This document shows positions 38,080 to 44,816 of a DNA stretch of 44,871 nucleotides, piece after piece (positions within the stretch are counted from its first letter, which is position 1; the number at the start of each line of letters is the position of its first letter). The DNA is from a virus. The position numbers were made by a program, and so were the translations under genes. The stretch lies in IMG/VR virus record IMGVR_UViG_3300045988_128081, positions 1 to 44,871 of that record; one strand, given 5' to 3'. The notes beneath the pieces were generated by a model, which saw only the letters and a list, made by a program, of their open reading frames with translations, made no database searches and was not told the origin of the DNA.

Positions 38080-38986
38080 AGCCCTTCGCCTCCTTGCTGT
38101 AGGTCGCGCCCAGCTCCTTGGCCTTGGCGTTCAGCATGGCCCCCAGCTCCTTCTTGCTGGTCAGGGCATGCTCCATCTGGCCTATCTGTCTGGCCGCGGC
38201 GTTCAAATCATCCACCGTTTCAATGGCGGCCACCACGTCCCTGCCCTCGCTCATGGCCGCGTCGTAGGCCTTGCGCTGGGGGGCGTATTCCTGCATTTCC
38301 GCCATAATGTTCTGTCGGGCTTCTTCAAATAGCCGGGTCAGGTAGTCGTTGGGCTGCCCCGGCTTCAGCGAGGGAACCTCCCGCATCCCGCCAATGCCGT
38401 AGCAGCCCTTGGCAAAGTATTCATCTGTAGGGGTAAAGCCCAGCACCCGCTTTTGCCCCATCATCTGCATGTAGCAGCCCAGGTCCGCGGGGGTCCATAC
38501 AATGTCCTTGGCGCTGCCTTCACAGCTTAGCCGCTGGGTAATCACGTCCCCCTTGGCTACCTCTGTGGTGTGGAAGATGATAATCACGTTCTTCCTGTCC
38601 TGCCGCATCTGGGCTGTCAGCCGGTCAAATTCCCGCTTCACCACCCCAAACATGGCCCGGCCATCCCGGGCGGCCTTCGCGTCCTGCTTTTTCGCCCATG
38701 GCTGCATCAGCTGGATCAGGCTTCCGCCGGTGTCCAGTACCACGCTTTTGGCGGCCCTGTAGGCGTTGCTCTGCATGTCTTCCAACATTTCTTCATAGGT
38801 TTCCGCCTCGCTGGCCAGCTTTCGGTGCTCGGCCCGCACCCGGCTGATGCCCCTGTCCAGGTCAAACAACAGCGGTTCCGGGGCGCTCAGGGCCAGCGTG
38901 GTCTTACCAATGCCCGGGCTCCCGCTGATAATCAACGTGAAGGTCTTTTCGCTAAAATCCAGTTCTTCCGGTCGTTTAATCGCCAT
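38048..38986 (-). CDS. Sak4-like AAA/RecA-fold ATPase (312 aa)
   Basis: Walker A ISGSPGIGKTT and Walker B-like SVVLDTGG. Context with SSB and nucleases. Confidence 0.75.
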   Translation of the reverse strand: MAIKRPEELDFSEKTFTLIISGSPGIGKTTLALSAPEPLLFDLDRGISRVRAEHRKLASEAETYEEMLEDMQSNAYRAAKSVVLDTGGSLIQLMQPWAKKQDAKAARDGRAMFGVVKREFDRLTAQMRQDRKNVIIIFHTTEVAKGDVITQRLSCEGSAKDIVWTPADLGCYMQMMGQKRVLGFTPTDEYFAKGCYGIGGMREVPSLKPGQPNDYLTRLFEEARQNIMAEMQEYAPQRKAYDAAMSEGRDVVAAIETVDDLNAAARQIGQMEHALTSKKELGAMLNAKAKELGATYSKEAKGYVPADVQPAK

Positions 38987-38992
38987 GGTCGT

Positions 38993-39319
38993 TCATCCTT
39001 CCTTTATCTGTAGTCTTGGTTCTTCCAGCCATTCCCGGTACAGGGCGTGGGCTATTCCCTCTGCCAGGTACCCTTCCGCCCATTCCCGGGCCGTTTCTGG
39101 CAGGCTTTGGCAAAACAGCTTCCAGGCATCGTCCAGCGTGTCTCGCAGCGCTTCCCGGCTGAATGTCTCGGTTTCCAGTCCGTACCCGGCCACCTTCCAT
39201 CCAATGCCCTTTTCCGCAATGTAAGCCATGCGGCGTTCCTCCGTGTCCTCCATGGGCGGGGGCACCTCGTAATAATCCCCCTGCGCCATGGGGTTTTCCA
39301 GGTCCCTCGGCCAGGGCAT
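38993..39319 (-). CDS. Hypothetical protein (108 aa)
   Basis: Start at MPWPRDLE (ATG 39319), overlapping the upstream stop. Confidence 0.55.
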   Translation of the reverse strand: MPWPRDLENPMAQGDYYEVPPPMEDTEERRMAYIAEKGIGWKVAGYGLETETFSREALRDTLDDAWKLFCQSLPETAREWAEGYLAEGIAHALYREWLEEPRLQIKEG

Positions 39320-39531
39320 CAACCTTCCTCCTTCAATCTCTCTACCTGTCTTACAAAGAATGTGGCCTGCCGCCCGCACCGCCACCAGGCGTTGCTGATG
39401 GCTTTGGGCACGCTCACCGCCCTGGTGTTTATCTCGTGGGTCTGTACGGTTCCGTTGTCCGGGTCACCCGTCTCATACACCACCCGCCAGGGCACCTTGC
39501 TTTTTTCGCCTTGCTGTGTTATCATAGCCAT
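39319..39531 (-). CDS. Hypothetical protein (70 aa)
   Basis: ORF track. Confidence 0.5.
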   Translation of the reverse strand: MAMITQQGEKSKVPWRVVYETGDPDNGTVQTHEINTRAVSVPKAISNAWWRCGRQATFFVRQVERLKEEG

Positions 39532-39787
39532 GTCCTTTCTTGCTGGATGGGACGCACTTGTCCGTCTGTGTTGGTAGCGCAGACGGCTTTTTCATTTCCA
39601 GCAGCCGCCTGGCAAAGGCGCATTGGGCCTCACATGCCTGGCAAATGTCCAGCCTCATTTCCGCGCCCTTCTCCCGCGCTTCGTCGGCTCCCAGCGCCAG
39701 ACTGCACAGGTAATTGGGCAGAGCGTTCTCCGCTACCATGGTGGCGTCCATGTACCCGTCGCTGTTGTACAGGTTCCTGTGTGGCAT
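39473..39787 (-). CDS. Hypothetical protein (104 aa)
   Basis: Start at MPHRNLYN (ATG 39787, TGATG overlap). 59-nt overlap with the next ORF makes the 3' end uncertain. Confidence 0.45.
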   Translation of the reverse strand: MPHRNLYNSDGYMDATMVAENALPNYLCSLALGADEAREKGAEMRLDICQACEAQCAFARRLLEMKKPSALPTQTDKCVPSSKKGHGYDNTARRKKQGALAGGV

Positions 39788-40215
39788 CAGCGCAGCACCT
39801 CCAAATAGGCCCCGCATACCCACCCCATGGGATGCTCCGGGTATTTGGGCCACGCCACAAGCACCCATCCGTTCTGGATATCCAGCATCAGCAGCCTGGT
39901 TTCGTTCGCCAACTGCCCGCAGGGTTGGTATTCCGTTCCCGGGCCCTGGCGCAGGTTCAGCCCGCTGTCAGGGTCTACCGCTACCCTTGCGTAGGTTTCC
40001 GCCACGGCCCCCGCGTTCCACCAGGCAAATACCGCCCATGCGCTGATCGCCATCACCAGCAGGAAACAAATCAGCGTCACCGGGGTAAAATTCCTTGGCT
40101 GCACGTCCCGCAGGGCCGCCCGGTTCCGTCTTCTGTGCTGCCGGGCGTTCATGGGCCGCCACTCGGTCCCGTGCGCACTGGCAAAGTTCTTCATTCCCGC
40201 ATATTGGCTGTTCAT
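39787..40215 (-). CDS. Membrane-anchored SH3-domain protein (142 aa)
   Basis: Start at MNSQYAG (ATG 40215, ATGA overlap). TM helix VTLICFLLVMAISAWAVFAWW. LNLRQGPGTEYQPCGQL...GWVLVAW is SH3_3-like. Confidence 0.65.
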   Translation of the reverse strand: MNSQYAGMKNFASAHGTEWRPMNARQHRRRNRAALRDVQPRNFTPVTLICFLLVMAISAWAVFAWWNAGAVAETYARVAVDPDSGLNLRQGPGTEYQPCGQLANETRLLMLDIQNGWVLVAWPKYPEHPMGWVCGAYLEVLR

Positions 40216-40571
40216 TTGGCTTTCTCCCTCATGGCTGGCAGGTCGTGGTCTATAATGAAGCAGATTGTGTCGGTAATTTTGCGGTACACCTCGGCGTATT
40301 CGTTCGGGTCGCATACCAGGGATTGCCCTGCATACCTTTTGTAGGTCCTTCCCAGTACATAGTTTTCTGTCAGCACATCGCATAAGGCTTGCATGGCGCC
40401 GCTAACCTTGTATTCGTCCGTGTCCACGAATCCGGGGTAATTCTTCCTCAGCTTCTTCAGCAGCCGCGTCCGGTGTGCGGCAACAACGGCTTTCTTCTTT
40501 TTGGCACCTTCGGCTTGCTCCAGCTCCGCCTTAATCTGCTCCAGTTCCTCTGGCGTAAACTTTTCAATCAT
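40212..40571 (-). CDS. Hypothetical protein (119 aa)
   Basis: ORF track. Confidence 0.6.
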   Translation of the reverse strand: MIEKFTPEELEQIKAELEQAEGAKKKKAVVAAHRTRLLKKLRKNYPGFVDTDEYKVSGAMQALCDVLTENYVLGRTYKRYAGQSLVCDPNEYAEVYRKITDTICFIIDHDLPAMREKAK

Positions 40572-40812
40572 GGGTTTTCTCTCCTTTCTTTTCCCACTCC
40601 GTCTTTAGTTGTCGAATAACATCACGCCCATAGGCGTTTTCCGTCAGGGCTATGCACTGTTCCGGTGTCATGGTGCCGTTTTCCACATCAATGTTGCGCT
40701 GCTGGGCAAATGCTTTTCGTCCCATTTCGCAGCTGCCGGTCATGCGGTTGTGCCAATCGAAGAACTGCTGATTGGGATACTCTTTTCCCGGCTGAAATGC
40801 GTTTAGAAATGC
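40564..40812 (-). CDS. In-frame continuation (82 codons) downstream of an amber codon; independent ATG only at 40743 (59 aa)
   Basis: Reads AFLNAFQPGKEYPNQQFFDWHNRMTGSCEMGRKAFAQQRNIDVENGTMTPEQCIALTENAYGRDVIRQL... in the same frame as 40813..41154, directly after its TAG. Confidence 0.45.
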   Translation of the reverse strand, partial: AFLNAFQPGKEYPNQQFFDWHNRMTGSCEMGRKAFAQQRNIDVENGTMTPEQCIALTENAYGRDVIRQLKTEWEKKGEKTHD

Positions 40813-41154
40813 CTAAATCCTTTCGCCGATTGGCATATTGGCAATCAACTTTTGCTCAAGCGCCGCCTGAGCCTGGCGAAGCGTTTCGCCGTGTGCGAAG
40901 CATTTTCCGCCCTTTACGATGTAGCACGGGCGAAGGGTAAGATCCTCCTGCAAAATAGCCGCTTTGGCTACATTCCCGTGGATGCTGTAAAATACGGCTT
41001 GGGTATCATCCACAATTGCCACAGGATGTCCATCGAAGCGGGAAACTCCGTAGCCGGAGCCGTCGCCGTAGCCGGAGCCGGAGCCGTCGCCGTAGCCGTA
41101 GCCGTCGCCGTCGCCGGAGCTAACAGCCAAAAAAGCTTTTAGCTTCTCTTCCAC
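40813..41154 (-). CDS. Protein with N-terminal G-Y-G/D-G-S repeats, terminated by TAG (113 aa from GTG 41154)
   Basis: GTG start with AGGGGG 7 nt upstream. SSGDGDGYGYGDGSGSGYGDGSGYG, then GHPVAIVDDTQAVFYSIHGNVAKAAIL...CYIVKGGKCFAHGETL. Confidence 0.6.
   Translation of the reverse strand: MEEKLKAFLAVSSGDGDGYGYGDGSGSGYGDGSGYGVSRFDGHPVAIVDDTQAVFYSIHGNVAKAAILQEDLTLRPCYIVKGGKCFAHGETLRQAQAALEQKLIANMPIGERI
41051..41120. repeat. Imperfect tandem GCC-GTA/GGA-GCC codon repeats encoding the GYG/DGS tract
   Basis: tagccggagccgtcgccgtagccggagccggagccgtcgccgtagccgtagccgtcgccgtcgccggagc. Confidence 0.9.
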
Positions 41155-41456
41155 GGTTTCACCCCCTGAATGGATGCGGCCGCCTTGTCGCTGCACGGGA
41201 TGACCTCGATAACCGTAAAGATTTCCATTTCCGGGACGATGACGGTAAACTTGCAGTTCCTTTGTGCAACTGTTCCTTCGGTTGCCAGTTCGCTAAGGCT
41301 GCATGCGCCGTCCCAGTACCAAAGGCGGCGGCAGCCGGTCATGGTAACGGTGGCCTTGGCTTCGTCCAGTTCCGTGATGTGCCCGAAGAAAACGCCCGCC
41401 CGGTCGGAGCGAATGATGTACCAGGTGTCCTTGTTGATTTTCATGTGTGGTTCCAT
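41139..41456 (-). CDS. Hypothetical protein (105 aa)
   Basis: The long track ORF is trimmed to MEPHMKINKDTWYIIRSDRAG (ATG 41456; alternative start 41444). Confidence 0.5.
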   Translation of the reverse strand: MEPHMKINKDTWYIIRSDRAGVFFGHITELDEAKATVTMTGCRRLWYWDGACSLSELATEGTVAQRNCKFTVIVPEMEIFTVIEVIPCSDKAAASIQGVKPWKRS

Positions 41457-41470
41457 CCTTTCTTTCTTTC

Positions 41471-41710
41471 TTACAGATTCGGTTCTCGCTTTTCTTCCTC
41501 TATCCCCAAATACCGCAAGAACGGTATTCTTGGAATCTTTGTCCGGCTGCCCAGGCTGATCACCCGAAAACCCAACCTCTGCGGGTTTTCCCGGGCAACC
41601 ACCCTTATCCACTGCGGCGTCGCTCCGATGACTGGCGCGGCCATTTCTGGCGAAATGCACACGTCCTGGCATTCCTGCACCGCTCTGATGGCTTCCGCTT
41701 GGGTTCTCAT
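41471..41710 (-). CDS. Excisionase-family-like HTH protein (79 aa)
   Basis: Start at MRTQAEAI (ATG 41710, GGGAGA RBS). ISPEMAAPVIGATPQWIRVVARENPQRLGF...IPRIPFLRYLG resembles HTH_17/excisionase-type domains. Confidence 0.5.
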   Translation of the reverse strand: MRTQAEAIRAVQECQDVCISPEMAAPVIGATPQWIRVVARENPQRLGFRVISLGSRTKIPRIPFLRYLGIEEEKREPNL

Positions 41711-41726
41711 GTGGCTTGTTCTCCCT

Positions 41727-41810
41727 TCACAATAGTCTCTTAAGCAAAACAGCGACAAGCAGCCCAAGTAGATACCACACTACAAGAGAAGAATTTGTAC
41801 TTTTGTGCAT
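41727..41810 (-). CDS. 27-aa hydrophobic peptide (MHKSTNSSLVVWYLLGLLVAVLLKRLL)
   Basis: Below the ORF-track cutoff. GGAGG 7 nt upstream of the ATG. Confidence 0.35.
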   Translation of the reverse strand: MHKSTNSSLVVWYLLGLLVAVLLKRLL

Positions 41811-41827
41811 CCTGTTCGCCTCCTTTC

Positions 41828-42493
41828 CTACGCCGTAGCCTGTTTGCTCAAATACCATTCCAGTTTCATCTTCCGCTGCTGGAAGTCCGGCTCGGCCACC
41901 ATTAGTCCCAGGTCAATGGCCTGTAGCTCGTCCAGCTTCTCAATCTGCTCCTGGGTCAGCCAGGGGCGTATGCTGCCAGTTTCCAGCGGAATCCCGTGCT
42001 CAATCTTGAATTGCTTAGCCGTCATGCCCAGCACCAGCCGGTTCAGCATGTCGCACTCGTTGGAGTAGTGGTAGGGCTTCGCCTCCGGGTTCAGCAGCCG
42101 AATTTGCGCCGTCAGCCTGGGAAACTGGTGCCTGGCCGATACCATGGCGGCAATGTGCGCTTCCATCTCGTTAAAGCGCTTAATGTAGGCTTCCTTGAAG
42201 GCCATAGCCCGCGGTCCGGTGTAGCCCATCACCAGCATGGTAAAGCCGTCCCGGGTCATGGCGTAACGGGGAAGCGTTCTGCCGGTGGAATCCTTGTAGG
42301 TGGACTGTACAAAATTAAGCCGTCGGAATTCTTCACTCAATCCAGATTTGGATTCAGTGATTTTAGCGATGTCACGCAACACATGAAAATGTTCTTTCTC
42401 AAACGCCGCCGCTACAAACCGGCTGTCCAGTCTGGCCGTGTCCCGCATGTCGCAGAACAGGCCGCAGTCGTTCATGGGAATCAGTTCTTTCAT
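41828..42493 (-). CDS. Rha-family phage regulatory protein (221 aa)
   Basis: RLDSRFVAAAFEKEHFHVLRDIAKI matches the Phage_pRha signature. Second gene of the early operon. Confidence 0.8.
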   Translation of the reverse strand: MKELIPMNDCGLFCDMRDTARLDSRFVAAAFEKEHFHVLRDIAKITESKSGLSEEFRRLNFVQSTYKDSTGRTLPRYAMTRDGFTMLVMGYTGPRAMAFKEAYIKRFNEMEAHIAAMVSARHQFPRLTAQIRLLNPEAKPYHYSNECDMLNRLVLGMTAKQFKIEHGIPLETGSIRPWLTQEQIEKLDELQAIDLGLMVAEPDFQQRKMKLEWYLSKQATA

Positions 42494-42524
42494 TGTCGGA
42501 CCTCCTGTCTATGCTGCATTTGAA

Positions 42525-42539
42525 GTCTACTTTGTGGAC
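42525..42539. promoter_or_regulatory. Distal operator-like site identical to the one at 42763..42777
   Basis: GTCTACTTTGTGGAC overlapping the stop codon of the cro-like gene. Confidence 0.5.
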
Positions 42540-42742
42540 AACGAAGGGAAAAAAATAGACATGAACGAATCCGCATCATCAACGCCGATCTTCTGGGCAA
42601 TCGAAATCATTTCGTTTGCGCTAAGCGTCCTTCTTCCATTCATAATGTCACTTGCCTTCTGTCTGTTCCAGCCCATGGCTTTCCCGAAAGCGCAGGCAGA
42701 CGGGTATTTTTGTAAAATAGCACCGCGAAGAGTTGTCTTCAT
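42527..42742 (-). CDS. Cro-like XRE-family HTH protein (71 aa)
   Basis: ACAFGKAMGWNRQKASDIMNGRRTLSANEMISIAQ is an HTH. AGGAGGTGA RBS. Divergent from the repressor gene. Confidence 0.8.
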   Translation of the reverse strand: MKTTLRGAILQKYPSACAFGKAMGWNRQKASDIMNGRRTLSANEMISIAQKIGVDDADSFMSIFFPSLSTK

Positions 42743-42762
42743 TTTGTCTTCACCTCCTATAG

Positions 42763-42857
42763 GTCTACTTTGTGGACTGGTTGTATAGTATCACAATCAG
42801 ATGCCAATGTCAACCACTTTGTGGACTTTTTTTATCAAAAAGATTGACATTGTGGAC
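42763..42857. promoter_or_regulatory. Operator cluster of the lysis-lysogeny switch (three direct copies of (A/T)TTGTGGAC-containing sites)
   Basis: GTCTACTTTGTGGAC at 42763..42777, ACTTTGTGGAC at 42816..42826, CATTGTGGAC at 42848..42857. All are in the same orientation. Confidence 0.6.
42785..42813 (-). promoter_or_regulatory. Early lytic promoter (cro side)
   Basis: Minus strand TTGACA (42808..42813)-N17-TACTAT (42785..42790). An operator copy lies at about +1 to +15. Confidence 0.65.
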
Positions 42858-42873
42858 GAACACGGTATATACT
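42844..42873 (+). promoter_or_regulatory. Repressor-maintenance promoter (cI side)
   Basis: TTGACA (42844..42849)-N18-TATACT (42868..42873). An operator copy overlaps the -35/spacer. Confidence 0.6.
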
Positions 42874-42896
42874 AATCATCGAAAGGAGGTGGTATA

Positions 42897-43268
42897 GTGT
42901 ACACCAACAAACTGGTCACCGTATTTAGGGAACGCCTTACTGACTTGTGTAATGAAAGTCCTCTGAATGATACGGAAATCGCAAAAGACATTGGAGTTTC
43001 TAAGCAAACTGTTAGCGCATGGAAAAGTGGGGAACGCTCTCCCAAACAGCCAACCATTGAAAAAATTGCAAGAGTTTTCAATGTAAATGTTGATTGGTTG
43101 CTTGGGTGGGATGTCCCTAAGCGCCAGGAAGGGTACGAAAATAAAAAGCTCACCCCAGAGGATGAGCTTGATGACGATCTAACCGCTATGCTTACACGGC
43201 TGTCCGCGGCAGAACGTCTTCGGGTTCGCGCCTTTGCAGAAGGTCTGTTAGCATCTCACGAAGAATGA
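42897..43268 (+). CDS. CI-like XRE-family repressor (123 aa, GTG start)
   Basis: DTEIAKDIGVSKQTVSAWKSGERSPKQPTIEKIARVFNVNVDWLLGW is a classic HTH_3. AGGAGG 7 nt upstream of the GTG. Followed by the integrase on the same strand. Confidence 0.85.
   Translation: MYTNKLVTVFRERLTDLCNESPLNDTEIAKDIGVSKQTVSAWKSGERSPKQPTIEKIARVFNVNVDWLLGWDVPKRQEGYENKKLTPEDELDDDLTAMLTRLSAAERLRVRAFAEGLLASHEE
43137..43169 (-). terminator. Intrinsic terminator on the minus strand embedded in the repressor coding sequence
   Basis: Minus strand AAGCTCA-tcctctgggg-TGAGCTT followed by TTTATTTTC. Confidence 0.55.
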
Positions 43269-43323
43269 GCTTGTCAATGTAAGTAAGCCTTGAAAGAAGT
43301 TCCCTGATTTCACTTTCGTTCAT
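43192..43323 (-). CDS. 43-codon ORF (MNESEIRELLSRLTYIDKLILREMLTDLLQRREPEDVLPRTAV), antisense to the repressor 3' end
   Basis: Below the ORF-track cutoff. GGAAGGAGA 5 nt upstream of the ATG. Sits between a consensus promoter and a terminator. Codons 19-43 overlap cI in antisense. Confidence 0.45.
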   Translation of the reverse strand: MNESEIRELLSRLTYIDKLILREMLTDLLQRREPEDVLPRTAV

Positions 43324-43358
43324 CGCTGTCTCCTTCCGTCCACATCGACCGTGTTCCC

Positions 43359-43387
43359 ATTATACAAACATTTGTTCCCATTGTCAA
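43359..43387 (-). promoter_or_regulatory. Perfect consensus sigma-70 promoter pointing into the repressor gene
   Basis: Minus strand TTGACA (43382..43387)-N17-TATAAT (43359..43364). Direct repeats TGTTCCCATT at 43352..43361 and 43373..43382 (21-bp spacing) overlap the -10 and -35/spacer. Confidence 0.75.
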
Positions 43388-43590
43388 TGCCGAATTGGCT
43401 GTGGCCGTTTCTCCACTGGCAGCATTCGCCAGCGCCTCCATTCTGGTTTTGGTCTGCGGCGCATTCCTGTCGCCTCCATTCTTTAACTAGAATGGTAAAC
43501 ATTTTTCCAATCATTGCAACACTTTCGACAAAAAAAGCGCAATATTGGCAAAACCTTAACATCCATCCAGCAAGAAAGGAAAAAGCTACC

Positions 43591-44739
43591 ATGTTCTGTA
43601 TCAAATGCAAACAAACCATTCCTGATGGCTCCGCGTTCTGCCTTCATTGTGGGGCAAACCAGCAGTCCGCCCCAAAGTCCTCCAAGCCCCGCAGCCGCCC
43701 CAATGGCACTGGCAGCGCCTACAAGCGCGGCAAAACCTGGACAGCGTGCTGGATCGCCGGTTGGAAGCCCGCTCCTGACGGACGCCTGCTGGCAAACAAA
43801 CGCACCAAGGGCGGCTTTCCCACCAAAAAGGAAGCCTTGGAATATGTCTCCACCCTCAAAACCCAAGGCAGCCGTAACCCGGATGCCAACATCACTTTCG
43901 CGTCCCTTTTTGAGCGGTTTGAGGCCCAGCATGACGAACGGGTGAAAGATACCACCATGGCAGGCTATAAATCCGCTTACAAGCATTTTAACGATATTTC
44001 TGCCATGCGCTTTGCTTCTATCGGCGTGGACGATCTGCAATACTGCATCGACGCCGTTCCGGGCAAGCGCACCCGGCAGGTGATGAAAGCTCTTGCCAGC
44101 CTTCTGTATAAATACGCTGGCAGCCGTCAAATCGTTGATACCAACCTTGCTCAGTATATTTACGTTGGAAAAGGAGAACAGATCGAACGCCCCGCTTTCA
44201 CCATGGCGCAGCTGAACACGGTTCGCAATGCCGTCGGCAGCGTACCGTATACTGATTATATCCTCTGTATGTGTTATCTGGGCTTTCGCCCAAACGAAAT
44301 GCTTTCCCTTACCAAAAAGGCTTATCATGAGGAAGACGGCGCATCTTACCTGGTAGGCGGTTTCAAAACAGAGGCAGGCACCAACCGCAAAGTTACCATT
44401 TCCCCCAAAATCCTGCCCATCATTAGACGCCGCCTGGCGGATAAGTCCTCCATCTACCTTTTCCCCAAGCAGGATGGGTCTGCCATGCGCGACGCTTATT
44501 TCCGCGATATCTTCTATGAAACGCTGAACCGGCTCGGCATCCAGCCTATCCCGAAGGCCGGAGAGCGGGCCCATCTGGTGCCGTACTCTTGCCGCCACAC
44601 ATTCGCCAATCTTATGAAGAATGTCACCGGCAGCGACACTGACAAGGCCGCCCTGATGGGCCATGCTGATGCTTCCATGACTAAAAAATATCAGTCCGAA
44701 GAACTCGAAAACCTTGTTCGTATCACAAACGCTCTATGA
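43591..44739 (+). CDS. int: Tyrosine integrase with N-terminal zinc ribbon (382 aa)
   Basis: Start at MFCIKCKQ (ATG 43591, AAAGGA RBS). CIKC...CLHCG zinc ribbon. GFRPNEML, CRHTFANL and GHADASMTKKYQ fit the R...H-x-x-R...Y catalytic boxes. Adjacent to att. Confidence 0.9.
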   Translation: MFCIKCKQTIPDGSAFCLHCGANQQSAPKSSKPRSRPNGTGSAYKRGKTWTACWIAGWKPAPDGRLLANKRTKGGFPTKKEALEYVSTLKTQGSRNPDANITFASLFERFEAQHDERVKDTTMAGYKSAYKHFNDISAMRFASIGVDDLQYCIDAVPGKRTRQVMKALASLLYKYAGSRQIVDTNLAQYIYVGKGEQIERPAFTMAQLNTVRNAVGSVPYTDYILCMCYLGFRPNEMLSLTKKAYHEEDGASYLVGGFKTEAGTNRKVTISPKILPIIRRRLADKSSIYLFPKQDGSAMRDAYFRDIFYETLNRLGIQPIPKAGERAHLVPYSCRHTFANLMKNVTGSDTDKAALMGHADASMTKKYQSEELENLVRITNAL

Positions 44740-44742
44740 AAT

Positions 44743-44764
44743 CTACTGCCAACATACTGCCAAC
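44743..44764. repeat. Candidate arm-type sites next to the right att
   Basis: CTACTGCCAAC (44743..44753) and ATACTGCCAAC (44754..44764), same motif and orientation as 153..175. Confidence 0.55.
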
Positions 44765-44816
44765 ATCCGTGTATTTCCCAAAATAGACAAAACCCGCAAA
44801 GCCTTACGCCTCACAG

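Noticed and set aside
40813-40815. Genome-wide TAG stop-codon reassignment as the explanation for the in-frame amber codon.
   Set aside because: Other genes terminate cleanly at TAG (the giant gene at 3869, RHH at 3043, cro-like at 42527, the peptide at 26895). Long ORFs are not fragmented, so TAG is read as stop in this genome.
43351-43590. The 80-codon N-terminal extension of the integrase ORF given in the track (start 43351).
   Set aside because: The extension is hydrophobic/Trp/Pro-rich without an RBS and overlaps the consensus minus-strand promoter. The ATG at 43591 has an RBS and begins a clean zinc ribbon.
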